NCBI GenBank assembly: GCA_963720565.1
Contig: CAVRFW010000006.1
Coordinates: forward strand, 15,521 to 79,520
Length of the DNA: 64,000 bases
Source: Candidatus Bathyarchaeota archaeon
GTDB taxonomy: Archaea; Thermoproteota; Bathyarchaeia; Bathyarchaeales; Bathycorpusculaceae
Reading direction: 5' to 3'
Each line of letters opens with the position of its first letter. Within the stretch, counting starts at the first letter, position 1. The position numbers and the translations under genes were made by a program. The notes beneath the pieces are model-generated. The model did not search any database and was not told the DNA's origin. It was given only the letters and a program-made list of their open reading frames with translations. Positions 51,159 to 61,769 of the stretch are shown piece after piece.

Positions 51159-51162
51159 TCGG

Positions 51163-51858
51163 TCAGGTGTCCTCCTCGTCTTCCCGCGAAATCTTGGCTT
51201 CAAAGTCTTCAATTGTCGCTGTCGGATCTTTGTCGGTGGCTAGTTCGCCTTTTTCCCGTAGCATTTGTCTAGCGAGGAGCCAGAAGATAACTGCCAGTGC
51301 TCTTCGGCCCTTGTTGTTTGTGGGGATGACTAAGTCTACACCTGCGAATTCGTTGTCACTACTGCATAATGCAACTATGGGTATGCCTACTCTCCCAGCT
51401 TCTTTTACAGCTTGAGCATCAGCTCGAGGATCAGAAACCAGAATTACTTCAGGGTCAATGCGACTTGAGTATTGAGGGTTTGACAATAGTCCCGGGATGA
51501 AACGGCCAATTATGGGTGTAGCTCCAGTCAACTCGCAGAACTTCTTTATTGGTTCGTGAGCGTACAGTCTGCTTGCGGCCACAGCTACTCTTGCTCGCTC
51601 AAAACGTGCTAAAAACTTGGCAGCGGTTCTAATGCGGTCATCAGTTTTTTTCACGTCCAAGACGAATAGTCCGTCGGGTCTAACGCGGTAAATGAAGGGT
51701 TCCATATCAAGGGTTTTCATTCTTGTTCCGATGTGTATTCCCGCTGACAAAAGTGTGTCTCGCGGTAGAAGGAGCCCTTCGTCGGGTGCTGATGGTGTTT
51801 CAGGTTCGACTGCAGGCTCTGCTTCAGTCGGATTTTCTTTTATTTCATCTTCTGACAT
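51163..51858 (-). CDS. rps2: 30S ribosomal protein S2
   Basis: AGIHIG, GRFIPG, DPRADAQAVKEA, IPTNNKG. Confidence 0.96.
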   Translation of the reverse strand: MSEDEIKENPTEAEPAVEPETPSAPDEGLLLPRDTLLSAGIHIGTRMKTLDMEPFIYRVRPDGLFVLDVKKTDDRIRTAAKFLARFERARVAVAASRLYAHEPIKKFCELTGATPIIGRFIPGLLSNPQYSSRIDPEVILVSDPRADAQAVKEAGRVGIPIVALCSSDNEFAGVDLVIPTNNKGRRALAVIFWLLARQMLREKGELATDKDPTATIEDFEAKISREDEEDT

Positions 51859-51876
51859 TGTTTTTCCTCTTATTTA

Positions 51877-53121
51877 CTATAAATCTGCCATTTTGGCTCT
51901 GTTTCCAAGGAAATGTTCGATCCTAATCAGCTCATTTAGCTTTGCGATGCGTGTCCCTTCCACTACTCCAGTCTTTATTATTGGGCACTTGAATGCTACT
52001 GCTAAATGGGCTATGTGCCAGTCGCACGTGTCGCCTGAGCGATGTGAAACCACACACGTGTAACCGTTCCTCTGCGCGTTTTCTATTGTCTCTGCCGCGT
52101 CTGAAAGCGTACCGATTTGATTGACTTTAATTATTATGGCGTTTGCAGCGTCGAGTTTGATTCCTTGGTTTAGTCGTTCGTTGTTTGTAGTGAATAAATC
52201 GTCACCGCAGACCAGGCAGTTTCGAGCTTTTTTTGTAAGTTCTGCAAAACTTTCGAAGTCTTCTTCGTGGAACGGATCTTCAACATACGCTAGATGGTAT
52301 TGCTCAATCAGGTCCAACATGAAATCCAATTGTTCGGAAGCATCTCGTTTCTTACTTCCATTCTCGTAAACGTATTTTTCTTCTTTCTCCTTCCATAAAG
52401 AGGAGGCAGCTACGTCTATTCCAAATCCACATTCGAAATCCAATTCGTTGCCCACTTCTTCACAGGCCTTGGCGATAGTTTCAAACGCGTCTTCGTTTCC
52501 GATGTTGGCAATCCACGCGCCTTCAGAGCTTGTACCGCCACTGAATAGCTTGTCTTTCTTTTTCAATGCGTCTCCGATTTTCTTGTGAATTTGAGTGTTC
52601 GCGGTTAAAGCTTCCAGAAAAGTCTCAGCCCCATGAGGAAGCGTCAAGAATTCCTGAATGTCGGGTGCTTTGCCGCGTGCGTGCTGACCACCACTTATGC
52701 AATTCCCAAGTGGGTAAGGAAGCGTGTTGGCAATGTTTCCACCTAGAAACTGGAACAGCAGCAACCCATGCGAGTTTGCAGCTGCCTCAGCATTTGCTAG
52801 CGAAACGGCAAAGGCCGTATTTCCGCCTATGACTCGGAAGTTTGTTGTACCGTCGACCTCATGAAGTGTACCATCAATTTCCTCTTGGAAATCACTGTTT
52901 AAGCCCGCAAGTTCAGGAGCTATTAGGTCGTCGATTTTTTTAATCGCCTGTTCAACTCCACCTTGGGGGTAGTAAACAACTTCGGCTTTGCCCCGGCTTT
53001 TTCCGGCTGGGGCTGATGCACGTCCGAAACCGTTTGCTGTTATGACGTCAACCTCTATAGTTTCCTCTCCGCGATTGTTGAATATCTTTCTCGCGATGAG
53101 GTCTTCGATTATTGACGACAC
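51877..53121 (-). CDS. eno: Enolase
   Basis: IQEF, DVAAS, YVEDPF, GDDLFTTN, KVNQIG, SHRSG, IKTG. Confidence 0.9.
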   Translation of the reverse strand: MSSIIEDLIARKIFNNRGEETIEVDVITANGFGRASAPAGKSRGKAEVVYYPQGGVEQAIKKIDDLIAPELAGLNSDFQEEIDGTLHEVDGTTNFRVIGGNTAFAVSLANAEAAANSHGLLLFQFLGGNIANTLPYPLGNCISGGQHARGKAPDIQEFLTLPHGAETFLEALTANTQIHKKIGDALKKKDKLFSGGTSSEGAWIANIGNEDAFETIAKACEEVGNELDFECGFGIDVAASSLWKEKEEKYVYENGSKKRDASEQLDFMLDLIEQYHLAYVEDPFHEEDFESFAELTKKARNCLVCGDDLFTTNNERLNQGIKLDAANAIIIKVNQIGTLSDAAETIENAQRNGYTCVVSHRSGDTCDWHIAHLAVAFKCPIIKTGVVEGTRIAKLNELIRIEHFLGNRAKMADL

Positions 53122-53485
53122 GTGAACACCTTCAAGCGCTATACCTTTTGTTTAGCTCTTATTTACTCTTTCGGAAAACAACATTTGCAGTTCATAACTT
53201 TCTGCGAGTTTAACACTTTCAATAAAACTAGCTTTTGTTCTCAAGCGTTGCGTAATATATCAGAAATCCCTATCAACAGGGTTTGATTCGTCCGTAGTCG
53301 AAGCGAACCCCTGAAAGCAGGGTGAAAATACGAGATTTAAGATTAAAGTGCTAGCCAAGCAAAAGTCTACATACTCTAAGGGAATCTGACGCTTGTATCC
53401 AAAACAGAAGCAAAAAGCCCGAGTTAGACAACCTCAAGTCAACATGTTTGTCGAGAAAGGAAATTTTGAACACTTGAAGAAAAAG

Positions 53486-53716
53486 TTAGTAATACTTGCG
53501 GGCTTCTTTCCTTTTCTCCGCCTCTTCGTAGAAACGAAGAACTTCGTCTATTATCTCAACATTTGAGAGCAGCATACGTCTGCAACAGTAGCGTTTGATG
53601 CCCAAACTATCCAAAACGTCACGTGCATTTTCCCCTGTTTTTACTCTTCTGGCAAATTCCTCCCATCTATCACCGATCAGTTTGCCGCACGTGAAGCATC
53701 TTACCGGAATGATCAT
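53486..53716 (-). CDS. rpoN: RNA polymerase subunit N
   Basis: [12 protein letters not shown]...RYCCRRM. Confidence 0.97.
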   Translation of the reverse strand: MIIPVRCFTCGKLIGDRWEEFARRVKTGENARDVLDSLGIKRYCCRRMLLSNVEIIDEVLRFYEEAEKRKEARKYY

Positions 53717-53731
53717 CTCTGCTGTTCTCCT

Positions 53732-54142
53732 TTACCTGTAGCTCTTCTGTCCCTTAGCGCGTGCCCCTGGGCCGCCGACTTTTTTCGATTCTTTGCGGCG
53801 TGAATCTCCGACAATCATGGTCCTATCATATTCCGCAAAAACGGTACGCAGGTGACTGCTTTTTGTCCATTTTAGCATTGCGTTCGCAACCGCCATCCGA
53901 GCAGCTTCAGCTTGCCCCATGTATCCTCCTCCCTGAGTTCGAACGTCCATGTCCAATTGATTCCAGACATCAGCGCCAGCCTGTAGAAGAGGTTCCATGA
54001 TCTTCTCGCGTGCGATTTCAGGCTCATAAATCTCTACAGGAGTCATGTTAACCCGGACTCTTCCCATGCCTGACTTGACAACTGCACGGGCTACGGCGGT
54101 TTTCCTTTTTCCACTTACTACCAAAACTTTCTTAGCTGGCAT
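53732..54142 (-). CDS. rps9: 30S ribosomal protein S9
   Basis: GKRKTAVA, GGGYMGQA, QKSYR. Confidence 0.96.
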   Translation of the reverse strand: MPAKKVLVVSGKRKTAVARAVVKSGMGRVRVNMTPVEIYEPEIAREKIMEPLLQAGADVWNQLDMDVRTQGGGYMGQAEAARMAVANAMLKWTKSSHLRTVFAEYDRTMIVGDSRRKESKKVGGPGARAKGQKSYR

Positions 54143-54145
54143 TAA

Positions 54146-54598
54146 TTAGTCACCTTGATTCCATCCTATTTCTTTTGCAAGTTCGCCAAGGGTAAAATGA
54201 GGTCCCTTCAGCTTTTCTGATTTAGCCTGGTCTAACGTTGTGGTTTGAAGGTCTTGATAATCCCTTGGCACACCCATGAACACTTTCAGCTTTCCAAGAG
54301 CTGTCTTTCCTTTGGGCTGTTTGATTGGCAACATTCCCCTGACTGTTTTCTTGACCATCTTGTCCGGTCTTCTGTAGTGAAAGGGACCTCTGTCTGGAGC
54401 TCCAACCTCCAAGAATACTTTGGCTTCTGCCACTTTGACCTTTTTCTTTCCCGAGATTATTGCTTTTTCAGCGTTAAGTATTATCACTTCTTCTCCGTTT
54501 AGCAAGCGTTTAGCGACTTTGCTTGCCATTCTGCCGAGAATCAAACCGTTGGCGTTGATTAGAACAGGGTGCTTCTTAGCTGTTTCCACTTTCTGCAT
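54146..54598 (-). CDS. rpl13: 50S ribosomal protein L13
   Basis: ILGRMAS, NAEK, VRGMLP. Confidence 0.96.
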   Translation of the reverse strand: MQKVETAKKHPVLINANGLILGRMASKVAKRLLNGEEVIILNAEKAIISGKKKVKVAEAKVFLEVGAPDRGPFHYRRPDKMVKKTVRGMLPIKQPKGKTALGKLKVFMGVPRDYQDLQTTTLDQAKSEKLKGPHFTLGELAKEIGWNQGD

Positions 54599-54605
54599 TC
54601 TTTGT

Positions 54606-54968
54606 TCACCGAATAATTGTAATGTTTGACCCTTTCGGGTTTTTCTCTATCAACTCTGGAATCGAAATGTACTTTGCCCTGGCAGCTTTCAATTTTTCTT
54701 GGGCTCTTTCTGAAGCACCGAAGGCAGCTACGGTTACTGCATGATTTAAGGTACCTGTCGCTAAAATTTTGCCTGGAACTACGATTGTGCTACCTTTTTG
54801 CGTGTTTCTGTTTATCCTGCTTAGGTTTACAGCAATGCGCTGCCTGCTGGGTTTGGATAAATGTTCTGCTACATCCAGCCAGATTGCAGCATCTTTTTCG
54901 CGGCTCTGCTTTTTCAGGAAACGAATAAGCTGGATGAGTTCAGGATTTGGTGTTTTGGTGTCTCTCAT
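54606..54968 (-). CDS. rpl18e: 50S ribosomal protein L18e
   Basis: VNLSRINR, VVPGKIL, NPKG. Confidence 0.95.
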   Translation of the reverse strand: MRDTKTPNPELIQLIRFLKKQSREKDAAIWLDVAEHLSKPSRQRIAVNLSRINRNTQKGSTIVVPGKILATGTLNHAVTVAAFGASERAQEKLKAARAKYISIPELIEKNPKGSNITIIR

Positions 54969-55780
54969 TATTCTTCCACCTTCAGTTGTTCTTGAAAATC
55001 TTCTAATTGCTTGTCAAGTATTTTTGTAGCTTGTTGAAGCACTCTCTCCGGAGGCAACGCACCTGACGATTCAATACTCATAATGAAAGCGTTCTTCTCC
55101 CAATTTACCTTGATGGCTTTAGGCTCTTTTGGGCAAGCATCAACGCAGTCCATGCAAAGGTTGCACGCCAACAAATCGCGGATTTCAACTTTATTTTCCT
55201 TCATGGCTAGCACTTTTTTAGGACATATGGTCACACATTTCTCGCAATCGCCGCAGTCTTTGATTGGAACTTCTATCTGGGGGTAATATTTGTAAACACA
55301 CATGCACACTGGCTGCCACTTAGCATGGTTCTTCCCTTTGCCAAGCCTTGCGTAAGCTTCAAGTTTCAGTTTTTGCCCCTTAGCAAGCTTTATGATGGGC
55401 ACCTTGTCTGACACTGGAACTATGTTAGTGTTTTCCGAAACAATTTCTCCGGAGTAAACTGTCCTTGTTCCCTCCTTCGCCTCTGCGTCCAGCGTCAAGG
55501 TTACTCGACATAGAGAGCAACCAAACTCACTGTGGCACTCGCAGTCTTCCGGAAGGTTGTAAGTGTCCAGATCAGTTTTCATTGGAGTGAGACCTAGCCT
55601 GTGAGCTATAATCTCGTCCTGCAAAATAGATGAGTTCTCGATCATAACCACTTCATCTATTGCCATGCTAGGAACCTCAGCAAGTGCTATGCGCCGCAAG
55701 GCATTAATCAAAGGAACTTCTGCCTCACGTATGACTACGCGAAGGTTCATCTCATCTTTTTCCAGCACTTCAATCTTCAC
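54968..55780 (-). CDS. rpoD: RNA polymerase subunit D with a ferredoxin-like insert
   Basis: NALRRI, AHRLGL, HAKWQP; CGDCEKCVTICP and CNLCMDCVDACP. Start is GTG 55780 or ATG 55798. Confidence 0.95.
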   Translation of the reverse strand: MKIEVLEKDEMNLRVVIREAEVPLINALRRIALAEVPSMAIDEVVMIENSSILQDEIIAHRLGLTPMKTDLDTYNLPEDCECHSEFGCSLCRVTLTLDAEAKEGTRTVYSGEIVSENTNIVPVSDKVPIIKLAKGQKLKLEAYARLGKGKNHAKWQPVCMCVYKYYPQIEVPIKDCGDCEKCVTICPKKVLAMKENKVEIRDLLACNLCMDCVDACPKEPKAIKVNWEKNAFIMSIESSGALPPERVLQQATKILDKQLEDFQEQLKVEE

Positions 55781-55885
55781 TTGTTTGGGACACTCCATAA
55801 TGGTAAGGATAATGACTGTGCGGTTCAATAGAAGCGCAAGTGCATTATTTCAATTTTTCTGTTTGACACATTCAGACTAAACTAA

Positions 55886-56287
55886 CTATACGCGTCTTCC
55901 TCTTCTGCCGCCTGGTCTTCTCGTTCCGTCGTGTGGAATCGGCGTGACTTCCTCAATACGTTCAATGCGAAAACCAAACCTAGCTAATGCGCGTATGGCT
56001 GCTTGTGCACCAGGGCCTGGCGTTCTTGGACCTGACCCTCCTGGAGCTCGGACCTTTATGTGTATCGCTGTTATGCCTTTGTCTCTAGCAGATTCTGCAG
56101 CTGCTGTGGCAGCTCGCATTGCTGCGTAGGGCGAGGACTCCATTCGGTCAGCTTTAACGAACATTCCGCCACTTGTGCGAGAAATTGTTTCGGCGCCTGA
56201 TATGTCGGTTACATGGATTAGGGTGTTGTTGTAACTGCTGAAGATGTGGACGACACCCCACTTCTCTGTTTTCTTGCTACTGCTCAG
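55886..56287 (-). CDS. rps11: 30S ribosomal protein S11 (probable CTG start)
   Basis: [14 protein letters not shown] lies in frame upstream of the ORF-track start; [31 protein letters not shown] at 56287 overlaps the rps4 stop (CTGA). Confidence 0.93.
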   Translation of the reverse strand: MSSSKKTEKWGVVHIFSSYNNTLIHVTDISGAETISRTSGGMFVKADRMESSPYAAMRAATAAAESARDKGITAIHIKVRAPGGSGPRTPGPGAQAAIRALARFGFRIERIEEVTPIPHDGTRRPGGRRGRRV

Positions 56288-56875
56288 AACCTGCCGCCTC
56301 CTCTTCCGCCTCTTCTACCCCGACTTGGAGGTCTTATTTCTGGCTGTTTCGCCACAAATGACAAGCCTTGGCGCAGTGGATGTGTTTCTTTTGCAATGTC
56401 GCTCTGTTGGTTGTAGGTGATTTGTGCTTCTTCCTCTTTTGATACTAGATAACCTGGAATTGTCACTCTTCGGTTTCCAATAGTCACGTGTCCATGCGTT
56501 ATTAGTTGTCTGGACTTGGAAGATTGTCCTGGTTAAACCTTTTCTGAACACAATTGTCTGGAGTCTGCGTTCAAGAAGGTCCTCAATGGATAAGTCCAAA
56601 ACATTGTCCAAAACTGCGGTTTCTTGTAGAACGCCCCGTTTTTTCAGTTTTGTTAGCAATTCGTTCTCCATTTTGGCGCGTTCTTCAGCTGATTTACCGA
56701 TCAGTGAGCGGGCTATGCCCCTAGTTTTTGACAGAGTTGTTTTGAGACGCCACAACTCATGCTTGTTGCGTAAGCCGTACTGACCTAGATACTTCAGTTC
56801 TTCCTCCAGTACGTCTTTGCGCCAGCTAAAACGTGGAGTTTGAAATTTCTTACGTTGTTTCTTTGGATCGCCCAT
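56284..56875 (-). CDS. rps4: 30S ribosomal protein S4, interrupted by one extra base near 56514
   Basis: [23 protein letters not shown]; removing one base restores IFQ(A/S)[12 protein letters not shown]. Confidence 0.93.
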
Positions 56876-56885
56876 TGTTCATACC

Positions 56886-57368
56886 TCACTTTGCTGGAGG
56901 TGCGGCTCCAGGTTTCTGCATAAGCGTCTTCTTCTTGACCCCAAGGGCTTTTCCCGCTCTGCCCGTGGTTTTTGTATGTTGCCCACGCACTTTCAAACTG
57001 TATGCATGGCGATATCCGCGCCAAGACCTTATTTCCTTGGCTTGATCAATATCCATTTTCGTTCTAAGCACAAGATCTGCGCTTAAGAGGTGAGAATCTT
57101 TGCCTGTTTCTGCGTCTTTTCGTCGGTTAAAAAGCCAAGCTGGCAGACCATATTTTGCTGGTTCTCTAATTACCGCTTCAATTTTGCCAATTTCCATCTC
57201 GGTTAGGAAGCCGACTCTTAAGTCAGGATTCACGCCTGCCTTTTTAATTATGGCGTTTGAGAGGCTCAGGCTAATTCCTTTGATAGCTGTTAATGCGTAA
57301 ACAGTTTTCAGGGTACCCTCCATATCTGTACCCATAATACGAAGTATGTAACGATATTCCTGTGACAT
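56886..57368 (-). CDS. rps13: 30S ribosomal protein S13
   Basis: ALTAIKGI, PAWLFNRRKD, VRGQHTKTTGR. Confidence 0.96.
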   Translation of the reverse strand: MSQEYRYILRIMGTDMEGTLKTVYALTAIKGISLSLSNAIIKKAGVNPDLRVGFLTEMEIGKIEAVIREPAKYGLPAWLFNRRKDAETGKDSHLLSADLVLRTKMDIDQAKEIRSWRGYRHAYSLKVRGQHTKTTGRAGKALGVKKKTLMQKPGAAPPAK

Positions 57369-57517
57369 TCTAACTTTTCATCCGTTTAAAGTCTGGAGCT
57401 ACCTACGAAAGTGAAACGTAATTTATTTAAACCTTCCTTCTCCGGAACGAGGGAAAATCATTTGCTTTCAATTTAATGTTTCGTCTTAAACTATGAAAGG
57501 AAGGGAACTTTCGCATG

Positions 57518-59290
57518 TCAGATTTGGAGCACGAGTCTTCGTGTTTTTTCTTTTTTCCAGGTATAGAATATGGCGGTTAAGGCTGAAATCGCTACTATTG
57601 CCCAGTTAGCGTATGGAACAAATGTTTCGGTGTTGATTGTTGGGTTTGTGTTTCTATCTATTGGTTGCAGGGGCTGGTTCACGGTTTCGATTCTTAAGTT
57701 TTTGAAGGCTACGGCTTTGTTTGTGTTGTTTGCTACTAATATTCCGATTTCTCCTATGCTTGCAGCTTCATTTCTGATTGATAAGCTTTCTAGAAGAGCC
57801 CCTTCTGCATCAAACAGTTGGGCGTATATCTCGGTTTCAGACAGTTTTGCTTGCATCTTATACCATGTGTTCTCGCTGATGCTTCCTGATGCATTCAGTA
57901 AGACAGTTTTGTCTTTGTGAAATTCCTGTATTTGGGACACAGCATAGTCGTCTATTGCCTTGACATGTACTTTGTAGTTGCCTTGGCCATAGTTTTGCAG
58001 TATGAAACAGAATTGATCATTCTTTACTATATTGAGTGGCAGTCTCAATGGTTGCTCGCCTAGCTGTACTTCAGGTTTCCCCTTAATCGACACTGTTTCC
58101 CCGCTTTTCATAACGATGAAATCTCCGGTGATCGTAACGCCAGTTCCTTCCAAGTTGAAATTAAGGAAGTCTTCTATGCCCTGTCTAATCCGAAGTTCAT
58201 ATGTCGCAGCGCCTGGATTGCCGAGTATGTAAATATAGTTAGGCGACTCGAATTGAACCGTTGATTTAGGGAAACCTATAAAGACTGTTATTATTTCGCT
58301 GTCTGCGCCTGCGTAGCCTGCGGTTCCGCTCCAGCTTGTTTGAATGTAATATATACCTGTTGTGGTAAAATTCCAATCAAATGAGTATTCTCCATCATCT
58401 CTTGTTTCTGTGCTGAATACATCCCAAGTGGCTCTGTCTCGGCTGAGATACATTGTTACGTCTTCCGCCCTGTATGCTGGAGAAATGAAGCCTGAGATTG
58501 CTATGTTTGACTCTCCATATTCAATGGTTGATAGGGGTGAAGAAAGATCAATCGATATGGATGAGGAGTTGAGTGGTCTATCTATTTCCGATGCTATCTT
58601 TGCTGGCGGCGATTTCTCGCAGTTATTGATGGGAATGATTAGAGGTCGCTCTCCTCCAAGAGAGTCAGGTTGATCGCCAACGCGCCATTGTGCTTTGGGT
58701 GTGCATTCTGCAACCCAGTATTCTTTGCCTTTGTATTCGTAGCTAGTAGGTGGTGTCCACCATAGACTTGAGGGAGTGCTCGATAGGTGAATCCCTATGT
58801 TCATGTGGGCAGCTTCTTTATAGTATAACAAGACAACATCCAAGTCTCCTGCTATGAGGATTGAAGCTGCAAGCAGTGAAACTGTGTCGCAGTCCCCTTT
58901 GTTGTCCACTATGGTTTCAATCGGGTATTTGATGTCAATTTCAACGTACGGGATTTGTTGGACGAGCGCCAAGACTGCATTGGCGAATTCTTCGTCGCCA
59001 TAGGTGTCTTTGGAAGTGAGGTTGCGTATGCTCTGCGCTATGGGAGCGACCGCGGTTGGTGTTACAAAGTTTGAGTATTGAGATTCGTCAGTGACGACGT
59101 GTGTCTTGCCTTGGTAATAATTGTAGAGAGATGGGGGTATGGAAACGTAGAGTTTGTGGTCGTTTAGTCCGAATTGAACGGTACAGTTGTATGTGAGATC
59201 GTAATTGGCTGCAATGGAGAAGGGCATGATTAAACCTGTTAACAATATGCTAATTAGCAGTATGCTGGTTTTTTGTAGACTAAAATGCAT
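57518..59290 (-). CDS. Secreted, membrane-anchored transglutaminase-like (papain-fold) protein
   Basis: Signal peptide, VQQIPY...YPIETI...GDCDT (Cys), HMNIGI (His), AECT, Ig-like domain, C-terminal TM helix. Confidence 0.75.
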   Translation of the reverse strand: MHFSLQKTSILLISILLTGLIMPFSIAANYDLTYNCTVQFGLNDHKLYVSIPPSLYNYYQGKTHVVTDESQYSNFVTPTAVAPIAQSIRNLTSKDTYGDEEFANAVLALVQQIPYVEIDIKYPIETIVDNKGDCDTVSLLAASILIAGDLDVVLLYYKEAAHMNIGIHLSSTPSSLWWTPPTSYEYKGKEYWVAECTPKAQWRVGDQPDSLGGERPLIIPINNCEKSPPAKIASEIDRPLNSSSISIDLSSPLSTIEYGESNIAISGFISPAYRAEDVTMYLSRDRATWDVFSTETRDDGEYSFDWNFTTTGIYYIQTSWSGTAGYAGADSEIITVFIGFPKSTVQFESPNYIYILGNPGAATYELRIRQGIEDFLNFNLEGTGVTITGDFIVMKSGETVSIKGKPEVQLGEQPLRLPLNIVKNDQFCFILQNYGQGNYKVHVKAIDDYAVSQIQEFHKDKTVLLNASGSISENTWYKMQAKLSETEIYAQLFDAEGALLESLSIRNEAASIGEIGILVANNTNKAVAFKNLRIETVNQPLQPIDRNTNPTINTETFVPYANWAIVAISALTAIFYTWKKEKTRRLVLQI

Positions 59291-59464
59291 GCTTGCTCTA
59301 CATTAGAGTTTTTGCGGTAGAACTGAAATAAATACTTGATGAATTTTGTGTAATTTTCTTTTGTTTTTCTCTGAGAGCAGAAAATTGGATTGCCTTATTC
59401 GGAATTGCAAAATGAGTAGTGGAAGTCGGAGGCAAATTGAAGCAATAAAGGTCTTGTGCCAGGG

Positions 59465-61769
59465 TTATGTCTCGTAGTTTGATAGTTTCTTCTGTTTCTG
59501 TCCCTTGATTGCGTCGTAAACTGATTCGGTCGTGTAGTCTGCAAAGCTCAAAAGGCTGGCCCCAGAGGCATAGAGCAAAAGCAGATATTTCTTGATGTCG
59601 GGGTTCACACCTTTCTCTATGAGTTGTGCTGCTTTAACTCTGCGGTCATAGCGTTTGTCTTTGGCATGAGTGAAAAGGAAGCGTACATTGTTTCCCGCGT
59701 GTATTTGGGCGCCTTCCTTTATGAGTTGCTCGGCAGCTATGACTTGGCTGACGTGTTGCCTATAACGCTTCGGGTTTTTTGACATATGTTTTGTGACTAT
59801 TAGGTCCCAGAGAGGTACCTGGCCGTCCAGCAGTTTTCGCCGATATTTTTTAACAATTTCTAGGGCGTCAGGAATTTTTTTGTACAGTTCACTGGTGTTG
59901 TTTGCGGAAGCTAGGGTTTTTATCATTTCTGTTTGGGCTTCAAACACGAAGTGTGGTGTGTCTCTACGGCGAATTTCTAAGCCGCGGACTTTGATTTTTC
60001 CGTTTTCCATTACACCGTAATACCGGTTCAATACGCCCACGCGTGGATGCATTTTCGAAGGCAAAAAAACTATCCATTTATAGCGTCCCTCAAATGTTAT
60101 GGGCACTCCAACTTGCTCCGTTATTGTTTTGCACAATGTATTGTATTCTTCGAGTACTAGCGTCTCGTTTCTTTAGCCATAGAGAATCAACGATGCCGTG
60201 GACCACCTCAAATCCATATTTCTCAGCCTTGTGTGCTGCCTTCAATAGGGCTTCTCTGCCGAAAGCACAGACGCCCATGTGACCGTCAACTGTGCCGAAC
60301 TTTGCATTCCGATAGCCCAAATAGCCGAAACAAGTGACTAAAATCCACTTCAGTGCGGCCTGGCGTCTGTCGTAAACTTCCTTAAGCTGTGGATCGTCTG
60401 TTTGGTCCTTCATACGTTTGTAGAACAAGCGTTTATCTACGATCAGCCTTAGGGTTTTGGGGACTATGCCTTCCCGTTTCGTGCATATATTGTAGTTCAG
60501 GTCTGGGATTCGTGAAGTCGAGTTTGGGCAGCATTCACAGAGAACGGTTTCTGCCGATATGTTGTTGTCCACCATCAAAACAGGGTACATCGAAGAAAAA
60601 TCAATTTCGCCCACAAAGTCGTGAGCTCCTACTCGTGGTTCGAAGACTATGCCGCCTCGGTCGCCTACGAGCAGTTCGTAGGCGGTTTTGAAGGCTTCAG
60701 GGATGCTCTTGTTCCGGGGAATTAGCACATCGTCTTTAATCGCCTGATAAAACTGGAGTGAAGACATGCTTGAGCCTATGGAGTTGCGGGCAGCGGTGTG
60801 TAGGGGTACGCGGCATGTTCTGGCGACTTCTATTAGACCTTCGAATCCGGCTTCAGATAAGATGAACGTGTTGTTTTCGTCGATGTGTATTCTGCCGTAG
60901 AGTCGAATGGCTCCGGCTCTGTAGAACGTACGACCGTAGGAGAAGAATGTTTTTCCTGAAGGGGGTTTCGGCGAGAAAGGTGTTTTGTCTCGGCTCAGGA
61001 TGAATTCGCTCAGGACATTATTAAGGGTGGCTCGTTGTGTGAGGTAGGGGAAAAGATAGGAGTCGCCGCCTTGGGTTATTATGATGTCTGGGTCAAGTTC
61101 TTTGACGACTTTGGCGATTTGAAGTATTTTTTCTGCTTCCTCGTCTGAATCGATGCATATTTCTTTCTGGTTTTGAGTTATGCAAACTGAGGATATGGAG
61201 TCTTGGAAATTGGGTATTTTTCCTTTTTTGTCGATTTCCACTCTCAGCTTCATCACTCGCAACTCTGGAACAGCATAATCTGTGCTGGTTGCCGAATCTA
61301 GGAGTGTATAGTGCAGTCCTGTCTCTTCTGTTCGGATGTCTACAAACGCCAAAGGGAAAATGTCGTGGCTGAAGAAGTAGGCACGATCTCCTTTCAAATC
61401 GCAGTTGTGGATCTCATAATTCAGATAGTCACCTAATCTCAGAATGTTGAGAGTGAGAGATTGTGTTTTTCTACAGTCTTTCAGCGTAAGCTCTAAGACT
61501 CTGGATTTCATGGCGTCTGTGGGGTGCGCGTACTTGTACGCGAAATTCCATGAGGATAGTATGCTGTTGTTACAGAGTCGGCTGACTAAGCGTTCTATTT
61601 CATCCTGCTTGGCTGAAACGTAAATTTTGGGTTGGAAATTATCTGCGAGTTTTATTCTTTCGCCGTTTTCGGTTATGATCCAAACGGCGATTTTGCCGGG
61701 GCCGGAAGGGTAAGCGTCAAGTATCCAGCCTCTAACATGGTCTGGAGCTACCTGTGTTTTTGACTGCAT
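59465..61769 (-). CDS. polB2: Family B DNA polymerase, PolB2/Dpo2 type (about 767 aa), interrupted by one extra base near 60156
   Basis: Motif A DFSSMYP, motif B RQAALKWILVTCFGYLG, altered motif C HGIVDS, NRYYG, KVRGLEIRRRDTP; degenerate exonuclease domain. Confidence 0.88.

Noticed and set aside
51877-53121. Enolase as an inactive paralogue because PSGASTG reads PAGKSRG
   Set aside because: The loop Ser and the metal-binding and catalytic residues are retained, and it occupies the usual position before rps2.
57391-61753. 14-mer GTCTGGAGCTACCT at about 57391 and 61740, and 11-mer GAAAGTGAAAC at about 57407 and 62835
   Set aside because: Matches this short are expected by chance in 64 kb, and there is no mobile-element context.
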